Source of the DNA: Planctomycetota bacterium
Lineage (GTDB): Bacteria > Planctomycetota > B15-G4
NCBI GenBank assembly: GCA_038212275.1
Contig: JBBQUR010000007.1
Coordinates: 32,001-96,000 of the forward strand
DNA length: 64,000 nt
Direction of reading: 5' to 3'
The notes under the pieces were generated by a model, which was given only the letters and a program-made list of their open reading frames with translations, was not told where the DNA came from and searched no databases. Shown here piece after piece: positions 36,228 through 44,746 of this stretch. Position numbers and translations under genes: made by a program. Within the stretch, counting starts at the first letter, position 1. Every line of letters starts with the position of its first letter.

Positions 36228-38908
36228 GGCGCCTGCTCCCGCTGGAGCGCCCGCACTGCGCGGATGCCGGCCCGCGAACGGGCGTCCAGGGTCACGTCGC
36301 TGCGAAACGAGGAGCGCGCCACGTCGAGCGACTCCCAGCTGCAGCCGCCGCGCAGCACGCGGCGCTCCGCCTCGCGCGGGTCTGGCTGCACGAGGTGCAG
36401 GCCGTCGCCGTCGCGGAACGTGCCTTGCAGCGACGACATGTAGGTGTCCGCGCAGAACTCCCACAGATTGCCGTGCACGTTGCGCAGGCCGAAGGGATTG
36501 GGCCGACCCCACCCCAGCGGGGCGAGTGCGGTGACGCCATCGTCGAAGACATGCCCGGACTCGTCCGGCACCCAGTGCTCGGGGCGCAGCAGCGCGCGGT
36601 CGGCCACGTTGGCCACATCCTCCAGCGCCCGCGGATTCGGGCCCGGCCACCACGGCGCATCGGTGCCGGCGCGCGCGGCATACTCCCACTGGGCGTCCGT
36701 CGGCAGCGTCCAGCCAAGGCGCTTCACGAACTCGTCCGCCTCGGACCAGCGCAGGTTGTTCACGGAGATGCCCATCGACGCCACCGTGACGGGCTCGCTC
36801 CTGCTCGGCGCCGTGCTCGGGTCGCTCCCCGTGAGGCTCACGTACTGCTGCCGCGTGAGCTCGTCCTTCATGATGAAGAAGGGGTCGAGCGAGACCTCGC
36901 GCATCGGTTCTTCGTTGGAGCGCGCGCGGACGAAGTAGTGCGGGCCGTCGGGATCCACCGACTGCGCGCCGATCCACGTGCAGCCGCCCGGCAGCAGCAC
37001 GAACACGACGGCGTCGTGCACGTCGAGCAGCAGCTCGCCGCTGCCCGGGTCGCGCTGCGGCACCGCGCCGGTCCAGAACCACGGCGAGAATTCCTGCAGC
37101 CCCGAGTGCGGGTCGGCTCCCAGCGGCAGCAGTCCAGGTTGCGGGACCAGGCGCAGCCCGTCGAAGCGCGGATCGGCCGCAACGGCCTCCGCGGCGCGGG
37201 CCCAGGCGTCGGCCGCATCGCGCAGCGTGACGTCGCGCACCTGCGTCGCGTACTCGAGCCGGCGCAGCAGGTCGGCGACCAGCCCGATGTGCGGGTCGGG
37301 ATCCGCGCTGCGTTCCAGCGCGGGCACGAGCTCCGCGAGCAGGCCGCGCTCCCACGACGCTGCGCCGCTTGCGGAGCCGGGATCGCCGTCGCTCGTCGAC
37401 TGCGTGCGGCGCAACGCCGCGAGGCGGTCGCGATGCGCAGGCAGCCGTGCGAGCAGATCCGTCGCAGTCTGCAGCAGGAGCCGCAACTCTGCCGCGCTCT
37501 CGGGAAGCACGGGCCGGAGGTTGTCCGCGCGCGCCTGCAACTCCGCCAGCGCGCGCCGATCCGCGAGGCGCAGTCGCTCCGCAAGCTGAGTCGCGGCTTC
37601 CGTCTCGTTCGCGTTTGCCACGCGCCACTGCCGCGCCGCCCCGAGCAGCCCGGCCAGGAGCACGAGGCCCGCCAGCATCAGCGCCGAGCAGGCCAGCGGC
37701 TGTCGGCGCCACAGCAGTCGGCCGCGGCGCACCACCGACGGCCGGCGCGCGAGGATCGGCCGCCCGTGCGCGCATCGGCGCAAGTCCTCGGCCAGTGCGG
37801 CGGCGCTCGCGGTGCGCTCGTCGGGCCGCTTGGCCAGCGCGCTGTTCACGATGAGCTGCAGATCGCGCGCGTCCACGCCCTCATTCCAGGCGTCCCCGCC
37901 GGAGACGAGCGCTCCCAGCGGCGCGGGCGCGGCGTGCCGGACGACCTCGATCGCCTCGTCCGCGGGAAGCCCGCGCGTCACGTAGGGCATGCGTCCGGTG
38001 AGCAGCTCGTGGAGCATCACGCCCAGCGAATAGACATCCGTGCGCGCGTCGAGGGCGTGCCGCTGTCCCGCGGCCTGCTCGGGACTCATGTACGCCAGCG
38101 TGCCCGCGACGTGCGACAAGTTGCCGTGCAGCGTGAGCGGGCCGCCGGGCGATGCGACACGCGCGATGCCGAAGTCCAGCACGACCGGCTGCCCCTGCGT
38201 GTCGAGCAGCACGTTGACGGGCTTGAGGTCGCAGTGCACGACGCCCTGCCGGTGCGCGTAGTCCACCGCGTCGCACACGAGCGCCATGAGCAGCAGCCGC
38301 GCGCGCACGTCCAGCCGCTGCTCGGTCGCGGCGTCGATGAGCGGCCGCCCCTCCACGAAATGCATGGCGAACCACGCACGCCCCGCAGAATCCACGCCTG
38401 CCTGCAGGATCCGGGCGAGGCCGGGATGCTGCAGGCGCGCCAGCGCCGCGATTTCGCGCTCGAAACGCAGCCCGGCGTGCGCCTGCACTTCGCCGGCCTC
38501 CGCCTCGAGCACGCGGCCGTACAGCAGTTTGACGGCCACCTGGCGCCGCGGGCTCTCCTGCTCCGCGAGGAACACGCGCCCCATCGCGCCGGCGCCGATC
38601 TGCCGCAGCAGCCGGTAGGGCCCGACACTCAGGGGCAGCGCGGCAGGCAGGTCCTCGAACAGCCGGCGCCACGCGGTCTCGCCCCCGCGCAACGGTCGCG
38701 TCAGGAAGCTCGGGTCGCGGTCGGCGACGGCGAGCAGTTCGAGTACCTCGGCGCAGAGCGACGCGTCGGTGCACGCCGCGCGCACCGACGCCTCGCGCTC
38801 GGACGCCGGCAGGTCGATGACGCGCTCGAACAGTTCTTCGAGTGCTCGATCCCGAACAGTCGCAGTGAAAGGCACGCGGCAGGCCCCCGATCCGCGGGTA
38901 GGCGCCAT
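36224..38908 (-). CDS. Ser/Thr kinase-TM-FGE-sulfatase fusion (copy 1)
   Basis: GAGAMGRV, VAVK, HCDLKPVN, DFG, GTLAYMSPEQ; TM helix; LPTDAQWEYAARAG, NPFGLRNVHGNLWE, RVLRGG; start uncertain. Confidence 0.9.
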   Translation of the reverse strand: MAPTRGSGACRVPFTATVRDRALEELFERVIDLPASEREASVRAACTDASLCAEVLELLAVADRDPSFLTRPLRGGETAWRRLFEDLPAALPLSVGPYRLLRQIGAGAMGRVFLAEQESPRRQVAVKLLYGRVLEAEAGEVQAHAGLRFEREIAALARLQHPGLARILQAGVDSAGRAWFAMHFVEGRPLIDAATEQRLDVRARLLLMALVCDAVDYAHRQGVVHCDLKPVNVLLDTQGQPVVLDFGIARVASPGGPLTLHGNLSHVAGTLAYMSPEQAAGQRHALDARTDVYSLGVMLHELLTGRMPYVTRGLPADEAIEVVRHAAPAPLGALVSGGDAWNEGVDARDLQLIVNSALAKRPDERTASAAALAEDLRRCAHGRPILARRPSVVRRGRLLWRRQPLACSALMLAGLVLLAGLLGAARQWRVANANETEAATQLAERLRLADRRALAELQARADNLRPVLPESAAELRLLLQTATDLLARLPAHRDRLAALRRTQSTSDGDPGSASGAASWERGLLAELVPALERSADPDPHIGLVADLLRRLEYATQVRDVTLRDAADAWARAAEAVAADPRFDGLRLVPQPGLLPLGADPHSGLQEFSPWFWTGAVPQRDPGSGELLLDVHDAVVFVLLPGGCTWIGAQSVDPDGPHYFVRARSNEEPMREVSLDPFFIMKDELTRQQYVSLTGSDPSTAPSRSEPVTVASMGISVNNLRWSEADEFVKRLGWTLPTDAQWEYAARAGTDAPWWPGPNPRALEDVANVADRALLRPEHWVPDESGHVFDDGVTALAPLGWGRPNPFGLRNVHGNLWEFCADTYMSSLQGTFRDGDGLHLVQPDPREAERRVLRGGCSWESLDVARSSFRSDVTLDARSRAGIRAVRALQREQAP

Positions 38909-39004
38909 CGCCTGACAGGGCCGCGGGGGTGCCAGACTACCCCAGGTTGTCCGGGTTGCCGACCGCAGCGACGCCCGACCGCCGCGCGTGCGAACGCGGC
39001 CTGC

Positions 39005-40078
39005 TCAGGCCGACGAGATCCTGATCCACTGTGCGCCGCGGCCGCGCCCGCGCATGGCGATTACGCCTTCGTCGCGGAGCTGTCGCAGTACCAGCCGCAC
39101 CAGATCGCCGCTGACTCCGGGGTTTTCCCGCTCGATGTCCCGGCTCGTGAACGGTCCGACCCGTCTCAGGATCGCGGCGCGGACGAGGTCGGTCTTGTTC
39201 GTCTTCCCGTCCGCGACGCTGCCGACGCGTTCCTCGAACTCCCGACTGGCCCGCAAGAGTGCACCCCAGAAATAGTTAAGCCACGGGTGCACGTCGTGCT
39301 TGCCCTCGTGCCACCCCTGCGAGCTGCGTTCCAACGTCTCGTAGTAGGTGTCCTTCGACTCCTCGACGATGCGCTCGAGGCTGATGAAGCGGCCGACGCG
39401 ATTGCCGTGCTGGTAGAGCAGCAGCAGCGCCGCCAGCCGGGACACCCGGCCGTTGCCGTCGCTGAACGGATGAATGCAGAGCAGGTCGAGGATGGTCAGC
39501 GGAATGGCCACCAGCGGCTGGAGTGCGCGCCGATCGATGGCCTCGCGGTAGCCGGCCACGAGTGCATCCATGGCCGGTGGCGTCTGCAGGGCCGAGGTCG
39601 GGCGGAAGCGCACACGCCTGGTCTTTCCGTCGGGCTCGACCTCGACGATCTCGTTGTCCCGCGCCTTGAAGCGTCCGCCTTGCTCGGGGTGGTAGCGATA
39701 GATCAGCGCGTGCAACTGGAGCAGCACGTTCACCGTGAAGGGCATGGGCGAACCCGGCTCAGCGCTCTCGTACGCCGCGTGGATCAGCGCGAGTGCATCG
39801 CGGTAGCCGGCAATCTCCTGCTCGGAACGATTCCGGGGCTCTGAAGGACGCAGCACCAGTGCCTCGATGCGCTCGCGCGGCGCGACGATGCCCTCGAGCC
39901 GATTGCTGGATTCGCTGGACTCGATGGCCGCAACCATCCGCAGCGTCTCCAGGATCTCGGGCCGCTGGTGGATGAAGAGATCCTGTTTGCCGCGCGACTC
40001 GGAGAGTGCGGCGAGAACGGCCACTTCCTCCGTAGAGAAGGTGAGGCGGGTCAGGTAGGCGGGGTCCAGGGAATGCAC
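39005..40078 (-). CDS. Fic family protein (class II-like) with C-terminal winged HTH
   Basis: Canonical HPFSDGNGRVSR; N-terminal inhibitory-type SNRLEG; C-terminal ...GVSGDLVRLVLRQLRDEG...GRGRGAQW. Confidence 0.93.
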   Translation of the reverse strand: MHSLDPAYLTRLTFSTEEVAVLAALSESRGKQDLFIHQRPEILETLRMVAAIESSESSNRLEGIVAPRERIEALVLRPSEPRNRSEQEIAGYRDALALIHAAYESAEPGSPMPFTVNVLLQLHALIYRYHPEQGGRFKARDNEIVEVEPDGKTRRVRFRPTSALQTPPAMDALVAGYREAIDRRALQPLVAIPLTILDLLCIHPFSDGNGRVSRLAALLLLYQHGNRVGRFISLERIVEESKDTYYETLERSSQGWHEGKHDVHPWLNYFWGALLRASREFEERVGSVADGKTNKTDLVRAAILRRVGPFTSRDIERENPGVSGDLVRLVLRQLRDEGVIAMRGRGRGAQWIRISSA

Positions 40079-40099
40079 GCGAGGCTCCAGTCCGCGACA

Positions 40100-40177
40100 G
40101 GAAGGGGGCAGGAACCGAGCTTAAGGGGGTAAGGCGACAGATCCATTACCCCCTTTGCTGGATTCTTACCCCCTTCC
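40100..40177. promoter_or_regulatory. Nested inverted repeats (four AAGGGGG boxes) upstream of fic
   Basis: Outer pair GGAAGGGGGCAGGAA (40100-14) / TTCTTACCCCCTTCC (40163-77); inner pair AAGGGGGTAA (40123-32) / TTACCCCCTT (40146-55). Confidence 0.65.
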
Positions 40178-40195
40178 TCGCGCCGCCGCGCTGCC

Positions 40196-40339
40196 CAGTC
40201 CATCTCGGGCGGCAGCGGGCGCGCGCCCAGCAGGCGCCACGACGGACCGCGCACCAGCACGGTGCTCGCGGTGGAATGCGCCGAGTCGATCGGCCGCAGC
40301 GCGGCGGCCGCGCCGGGCAGCAGCACCCCGTCCCCGCGC
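40196..40339 (-). pseudogene. Orphan second copy of the 3' end of the LysA-like gene
   Basis: Ungapped match to 43582..43725, 115/144 nt by hand count. Encodes RGDGVLLPGAAA...TVLVRGPSWRLLGARPLPPEMD; the stop TGA reads TGG here. Confidence 0.88.
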
Positions 40340-40470
40340 CGTGGCCAGCGCAGTCCGCAGCAGTGCGCGCCACCGGACGCCCCGTCACGCGTCTTGCCGT
40401 GGTCGTCACTCCTCGGGATCCGCGAGTTCGGCCTACACTGCGCGCCCCGCATCACGGGAGGAATTCGCTG

Positions 40471-42504
40471 ATGACCGTGCGATGCCGCCTCGTCCTGTCC
40501 GCCCTCGCCCTCGCGGCGCTCTCACTCCAGGCCGCGGCTCAGGCCACCGTGTTGCGCGTCGATCGCGACGCCACCGGAGCCGGTACCGGCGCCACGTGGG
40601 CCGACGCCGTCCCCGACCTGCAGACCGCGCTGGGCGCGGCCGCCACGCTCGCCGCCGCCGGCACGCCGGTCCAGCTCTGGGTCGCCGAGGGCAGCTACGC
40701 GCCGGCCGGACCGCTCGGCCCGCAGACCGCCAGCTTCGTCCTGCATGACGGCATCGGCGTGTACGGCGGCTTCGCCGGCGACGAGACGCTCTTCACGCAG
40801 CGCGACGTGCTCGCGCACGTCACCGTGCTGACCGGCGACCTGCAGGGCGACGACCAGCCCGACTTGGTCAACCACTTCAACAACGTCTGGCACGTCGTGC
40901 TCGCCGACGGTGTCGGCCCGAGCGCGGTGCTCGACGGCGTGACGATCCGGGGCGGCAACGCGACCGACGCCTTCTCGGGTAATGCGAGCGGTGGCGGCCT
41001 GCGTGCGCTGGGCGGCGCCCCCACCGTCGCGCGCTGCACGATCAGCGACAACTTCGCCTCGTCGGGCGCGGGCATCCTGCTCGGCGGTGCGACGGGCGCG
41101 TCGTTCACCGACTGCGTGATCGCCGACAATCTCGCGCAGCCGTATCGTGCGGGCGGCATGTACGTGGCCAGCGGAGCAGGAGTGCGCGTCGAGGGCTGCA
41201 CGTTTCGCGGCAATCGCGCCAACGGCTTCGGCTCGCCGTCCGATGGCGGCGGCATGTTCATCGAATTCTCCACGACGCCGACGATCCGCCGCTGCACCTT
41301 CAAGGGCAACTCCTCCACCAACCCCGGCGTGAACTACGACAACGGCGGTGGCATCTGCAACTTGTCGGACGGCATGGTGCTGGACGGTTGCGTCTTCACC
41401 GGCAACAACGCCGAGGTCGGCGGCGGCGTGTGGAACGGCGGCGACACCCTCACCTCGAACTGCGTGTTCAGCGGCAACTCGGCCGTGGTCGCGGGCGGCC
41501 TGATGAACTTCTTCGCCACGACGACCGTCCTGAACTGCAGCTTCTCCGGCAACACCGCCACCGATGGCGGCGGCGGCATGAGCAACAACTACTCGCCGCA
41601 GGTGCTGGTCTACAACTGCGTGCTCTGGGGCAACACGTCGCCGGGCCAGGAGCTGGTCAAGCAGCAGATCCACAACTTCAACTCCTCGGTGAAGATCCGC
41701 TGGAGCGACGTGCAGGCCCTCCTGCAGACGATTCCGGGCGAGGACCCGCCCGATCCCTCCAACTTCCCCGGCTGCCTCGACGCCAACCCGCTCTTCACCG
41801 ACGCGAATGGCGCCGACAACGTCACCGGCACGCTCGATGACGACCTGCGCCTCGCGGCCGGCTCGCCGTGCCTCGATGCCGGCAACAACTCCTACGTGCC
41901 GGCGGGCGTGCTCGCCGACGCCGCGGCCGCGCCACGCTTCCACGACGTGCCCGCCGCGCCGAACACCGGCAGCGGCATCTCGCCGCTGGTGGACATGGGA
42001 GCGCTGGAAACCGGCGCCGTGACGCCGTGGAGCAGCCTCGCGGGCGGCGGCGGCGTGGGTGCGGGCGGCAGCCTCGGTGGAAGCGGTGGCGCCGGCGGCG
42101 CGGGCGGCGGAGCGGTCGCGGCCACCGGCGGCGGCGCAGGCTCCGGACTGCCGGGCGTGCGCGGCGTGCCGGTGTTGTCCGGCGCGGGTTCCCTGAAGGC
42201 GGGCTCACCGGGCGCGCTCGTGTTGCGCGGCGCCCGGCCCGCGGCGCCCGTGCCACCGATCGCCGTGCTCTTCGTCTCGACGGGCGCAGGCGCCGCGCCG
42301 TTCAAGGGCGGCCTGCTCGCAGCCTTCCCCCCGCTGATCGTGCTCGGACTGGCCACCGATGCGAGCGGTGGCCTGACCGTCGGCTGGAACGCATGGCCCG
42401 GCGATGCCGCCGGACTCACGCTCGTCTTCCAGTACGCCATCGTCGATGCCGCCGCGGTGAAAGGCGTCGCGCTCTCCCATGCGCTGAACGCCAGCGTGCC
42501 GTAA
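40471..42504 (+). CDS. Secreted right-handed beta-helix (pectin-lyase-like/Pmp-type repeat) protein with C-terminal PFKGG module
   Basis: GGAGG RBS; signal peptide; WADA..DLQTAL, YGGFAG.E, repeated GGG...CxFxGN; DLRLAAGSPCLDAG...VDMGALE. Confidence 0.88.
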   Translation: MTVRCRLVLSALALAALSLQAAAQATVLRVDRDATGAGTGATWADAVPDLQTALGAAATLAAAGTPVQLWVAEGSYAPAGPLGPQTASFVLHDGIGVYGGFAGDETLFTQRDVLAHVTVLTGDLQGDDQPDLVNHFNNVWHVVLADGVGPSAVLDGVTIRGGNATDAFSGNASGGGLRALGGAPTVARCTISDNFASSGAGILLGGATGASFTDCVIADNLAQPYRAGGMYVASGAGVRVEGCTFRGNRANGFGSPSDGGGMFIEFSTTPTIRRCTFKGNSSTNPGVNYDNGGGICNLSDGMVLDGCVFTGNNAEVGGGVWNGGDTLTSNCVFSGNSAVVAGGLMNFFATTTVLNCSFSGNTATDGGGGMSNNYSPQVLVYNCVLWGNTSPGQELVKQQIHNFNSSVKIRWSDVQALLQTIPGEDPPDPSNFPGCLDANPLFTDANGADNVTGTLDDDLRLAAGSPCLDAGNNSYVPAGVLADAAAAPRFHDVPAAPNTGSGISPLVDMGALETGAVTPWSSLAGGGGVGAGGSLGGSGGAGGAGGGAVAATGGGAGSGLPGVRGVPVLSGAGSLKAGSPGALVLRGARPAAPVPPIAVLFVSTGAGAAPFKGGLLAAFPPLIVLGLATDASGGLTVGWNAWPGDAAGLTLVFQYAIVDAAAVKGVALSHALNASVP

Positions 42505-42677
42505 CCGACGCGCGCCGGCACCGAGGGGCACCGTCACCGAGGCGCGTCTTCAACGAGGCGCGGCTTCAGCAAGGCGATTCGCAACCCGAACGCGTCGCCG
42601 CCCGCCCGATGCCGCCGATCGCTCCCGCGGCTCACATTCGGCTGGGGTTGCCTGCCGGCGTGACCTAGGCTGCGCGC

Positions 42678-42932
42678 ATGGCCTGGTCGGTCTACGTGCT
42701 CGTCTCCGCGTCCCGCGCGCACACCTACGTCGGCATCACGACCGATCTCGAGCGCCGCCTTGCACAGCACAACGGCGAGTTGCCGGGCGGCGCGCGCAAC
42801 ACGCGGCGTGGCCGACCCTGGGCGCTGGGCGTCGTGCACGGGAGCTTCGAGGAGCGCGCCGAGGCACAACGCGTAGAGGCTGCCCTCAAGCGCCGACGCG
42901 GCGCGGAGCGATTGGTGCGCGACGCCGGCTGA
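42678..42932 (+). CDS. Small GIY-YIG nuclease (UPF0213/SLX1-like)
   Basis: VYVL...TYVGITTDLERRLAQHNG...GGAR.TR..RPW...E..LK. Confidence 0.9.
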   Translation: MAWSVYVLVSASRAHTYVGITTDLERRLAQHNGELPGGARNTRRGRPWALGVVHGSFEERAEAQRVEAALKRRRGAERLVRDAG

Positions 42933-42935
42933 CAG

Positions 42936-42988
42936 CTCAGTCGAGCGCAGTCGACCTCAGTCGACCTCAGTCGACCTCAGTCGACCTC
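42936..42988. repeat. 10-bp tandem repeat CTCAGTCGAC, 5 units
   Basis: CTCAGTCGAG CGCAGTCGAC CTCAGTCGAC x3 CTC, directly after the GIY-YIG stop. Confidence 0.9.
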
Positions 42989-43128
42989 GGGCGGCTGCGG
43001 CCTCGCCACCGGAATCCGAGCCGGCAAGGGCGACGTCCTGATCGGGATCGGTGACGGGGGCAACAGGGTCATCGCGTGAACTGCAGCCAGGCCGTCACGA
43101 CGGGGCCGCAAGGCCGTCGACAGCTGTC

Positions 43129-43500
43129 ATGGCCACCGAAGTCCCCACGACGACCGAGCGCATCAGCCGCAATCCCGACCGCTTCTCGCCTGACTTCATG
43201 TTCCAGCTCACGACGGAGGAAGCAGCGTGTCCAAGGTCACAAGCTGTGACCTTGGACGGCGGCCGGGGGGCAGCACCGGGCAGCGATCCGGCTGCGCTGG
43301 AGCCTTCCCCCTTCTCGATCGCCGCACTCGACGTCGATGGCGATGGCCGCCTCGAACTGGTGCTTCCTTACTTCGAGCGCAACGCCGTCGGCATCCTGTT
43401 TCTGGACGCCGCCATGAAGCTGCGCCGCAGCGTGTGCGTCCCCGTCTGCCAGCACCCATGGGCCGTGAGCATCGTGCGACTCCGTCCGAGCAGGCGCTGA
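43129..43500 (+). pseudogene. Chimeric remnant: ORF6N (KilA-N-like) fragment fused to one FG-GAP blade
   Basis: RNPDRFSPDFMFQLTTEEA..RSQ.VT resembles the ORF6N core; PFSIAALDVDGDGRLELV is FG-GAP-like; both domains are incomplete. Confidence 0.6.
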
Positions 43501-43580
43501 GGGCGACTCGCAAGCGTGGTTCGTGCGAGCTGCCGGAGACGTCACACCGGCAAGAGCGCAGCCTGAACTGCCGCGACAGC

Positions 43581-44549
43581 TCAGTCCATCTCGGGCGGCA
43601 GCGGTCTCGCCGGGAGCAGGCGCCAGGACGCCCCGCGCACCAGCACGGTGCGGGCGGCGGGATGCGCCGGATCGACGGGCAGGACGTCCGCGGCGGCGCC
43701 GGGCAACACCACCCATTCGCCGCGCTGCACGTGCGGCGGGACGAGCGCAGCCTGCGGCGCATCGCCGGCATCGAGCCCTGCCAGCGTGCCGGCGACGGCG
43801 GCAATCAGCGCGCCGACGCCCGGGGCGGGCAACCCGCCGGCGCCCGGGGCGAGAAGACTGTCGGCCGCTGCCGGCGGCGCCGTGTGCAACGCGAGCACGG
43901 GCTGGCTCGCTGCGAGGCGCGGGCAGACCGCGTCGATGGCCAGCGCCGGCGGCGCGCGCAGCACCGGCGCGAGCAGGCCGCCGCACTGCGTCAGCAGTCC
44001 GGCCGGCGCGGCGGGCGGCGCGCCGTGCTCCGGCGGCAGCTCGTGGCCCAGCAGCGCGGCGATACGCGCGGCGTTGGCGCGCTGCTCGTCGTCGGCGTGA
44101 CGCATCACGGCCACGCCGGCGGCCAGTGCATCCTTCACGAAGCCGTCGTCGCGCACGCCGCCGCCCGCCAGCAGCCGCTCGGGTGGAAAGCCCGCCTCCA
44201 GCGCGAGGGTCAGCTCGTGAGACGAGCGCACGGCCGCCCACCACCCTGATGCCGCGATCTGCCCCAGGACGGCAAGCGGACCGACCGCCGCGACCGCGAT
44301 GCAGCGCGCAGAGTACGGCATCGACTCGGGGGCGGCGCGGAGAGCCGAGCGCTCCGCACTCGGCGCCGGCACTCCGGCCGAGGCGCTGCTCCCGGCCACG
44401 CCTGCAATCGCCATCTCGACCGCCGCGTGCGAGACAAGCCAAGCCGCGCGACCGTCGAGCGCGCCGGAGAGGTCCGTGAGGTCCACGTCCTCCAGGTGCA
44501 GGCGCCCGTCACGGCGGGTGAACGGGGGCATGTCGGGCTCGCCGGGCAT
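43581..44549 (-). CDS. Degenerate diaminopimelate decarboxylase (LysA)-like protein, predicted inactive
   Basis: FTRRDGRLHLEDVDL, S.HEL.LALEAGFPPERL, GEWVVLPGA, TVLVRG follow LysA order; only ~320 aa; YAVKAN replaced by IAVAAV. Alternative start at 44531. Confidence 0.75.
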   Translation of the reverse strand: MPGEPDMPPFTRRDGRLHLEDVDLTDLSGALDGRAAWLVSHAAVEMAIAGVAGSSASAGVPAPSAERSALRAAPESMPYSARCIAVAAVGPLAVLGQIAASGWWAAVRSSHELTLALEAGFPPERLLAGGGVRDDGFVKDALAAGVAVMRHADDEQRANAARIAALLGHELPPEHGAPPAAPAGLLTQCGGLLAPVLRAPPALAIDAVCPRLAASQPVLALHTAPPAAADSLLAPGAGGLPAPGVGALIAAVAGTLAGLDAGDAPQAALVPPHVQRGEWVVLPGAAADVLPVDPAHPAARTVLVRGASWRLLPARPLPPEMD

Positions 44550-44746
44550 GCGCGGAGGTTACCGCGGGAGCCGCGCGCTCGTGTGGCCCTGAGCAATCCG
44601 CACTTGCTCGGAGCGCGCTGCTTCGGACCCGTGCCGACTGGCGCCGACTGGCGCCAACGGGCGCCCCTGTCCTGTGCAGGCAGTGCCTCAACAGGTGAGG
44701 GATGGCCCGGGCACCCCCTGCGAGGTCGGCCTCGGCCGCGAAGCGC

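Noticed and set aside
33852..38908. Diversity-generating retroelement targeting the FGE (CLec-fold) C-termini
   Set aside because: No reverse transcriptase and no TR/VR pair differing only at adenines seen; a trans-acting DGR elsewhere cannot be excluded.
40100..40177. Integron attC site
   Set aside because: No clear RYYYAAC/GTTRRRY ends, only one such site, and no integron integrase.
42678..42932. GIY-YIG as an intron or homing endonuclease
   Set aside because: Only 84 aa, no DNA-binding extension, and it does not interrupt a gene; it fits the small UPF0213/SLX1-like type.
40196..43725. The 144-nt repeat pair as a DGR TR/VR
   Set aside because: Mismatches involve all four bases (many G/C swaps), not only adenines.
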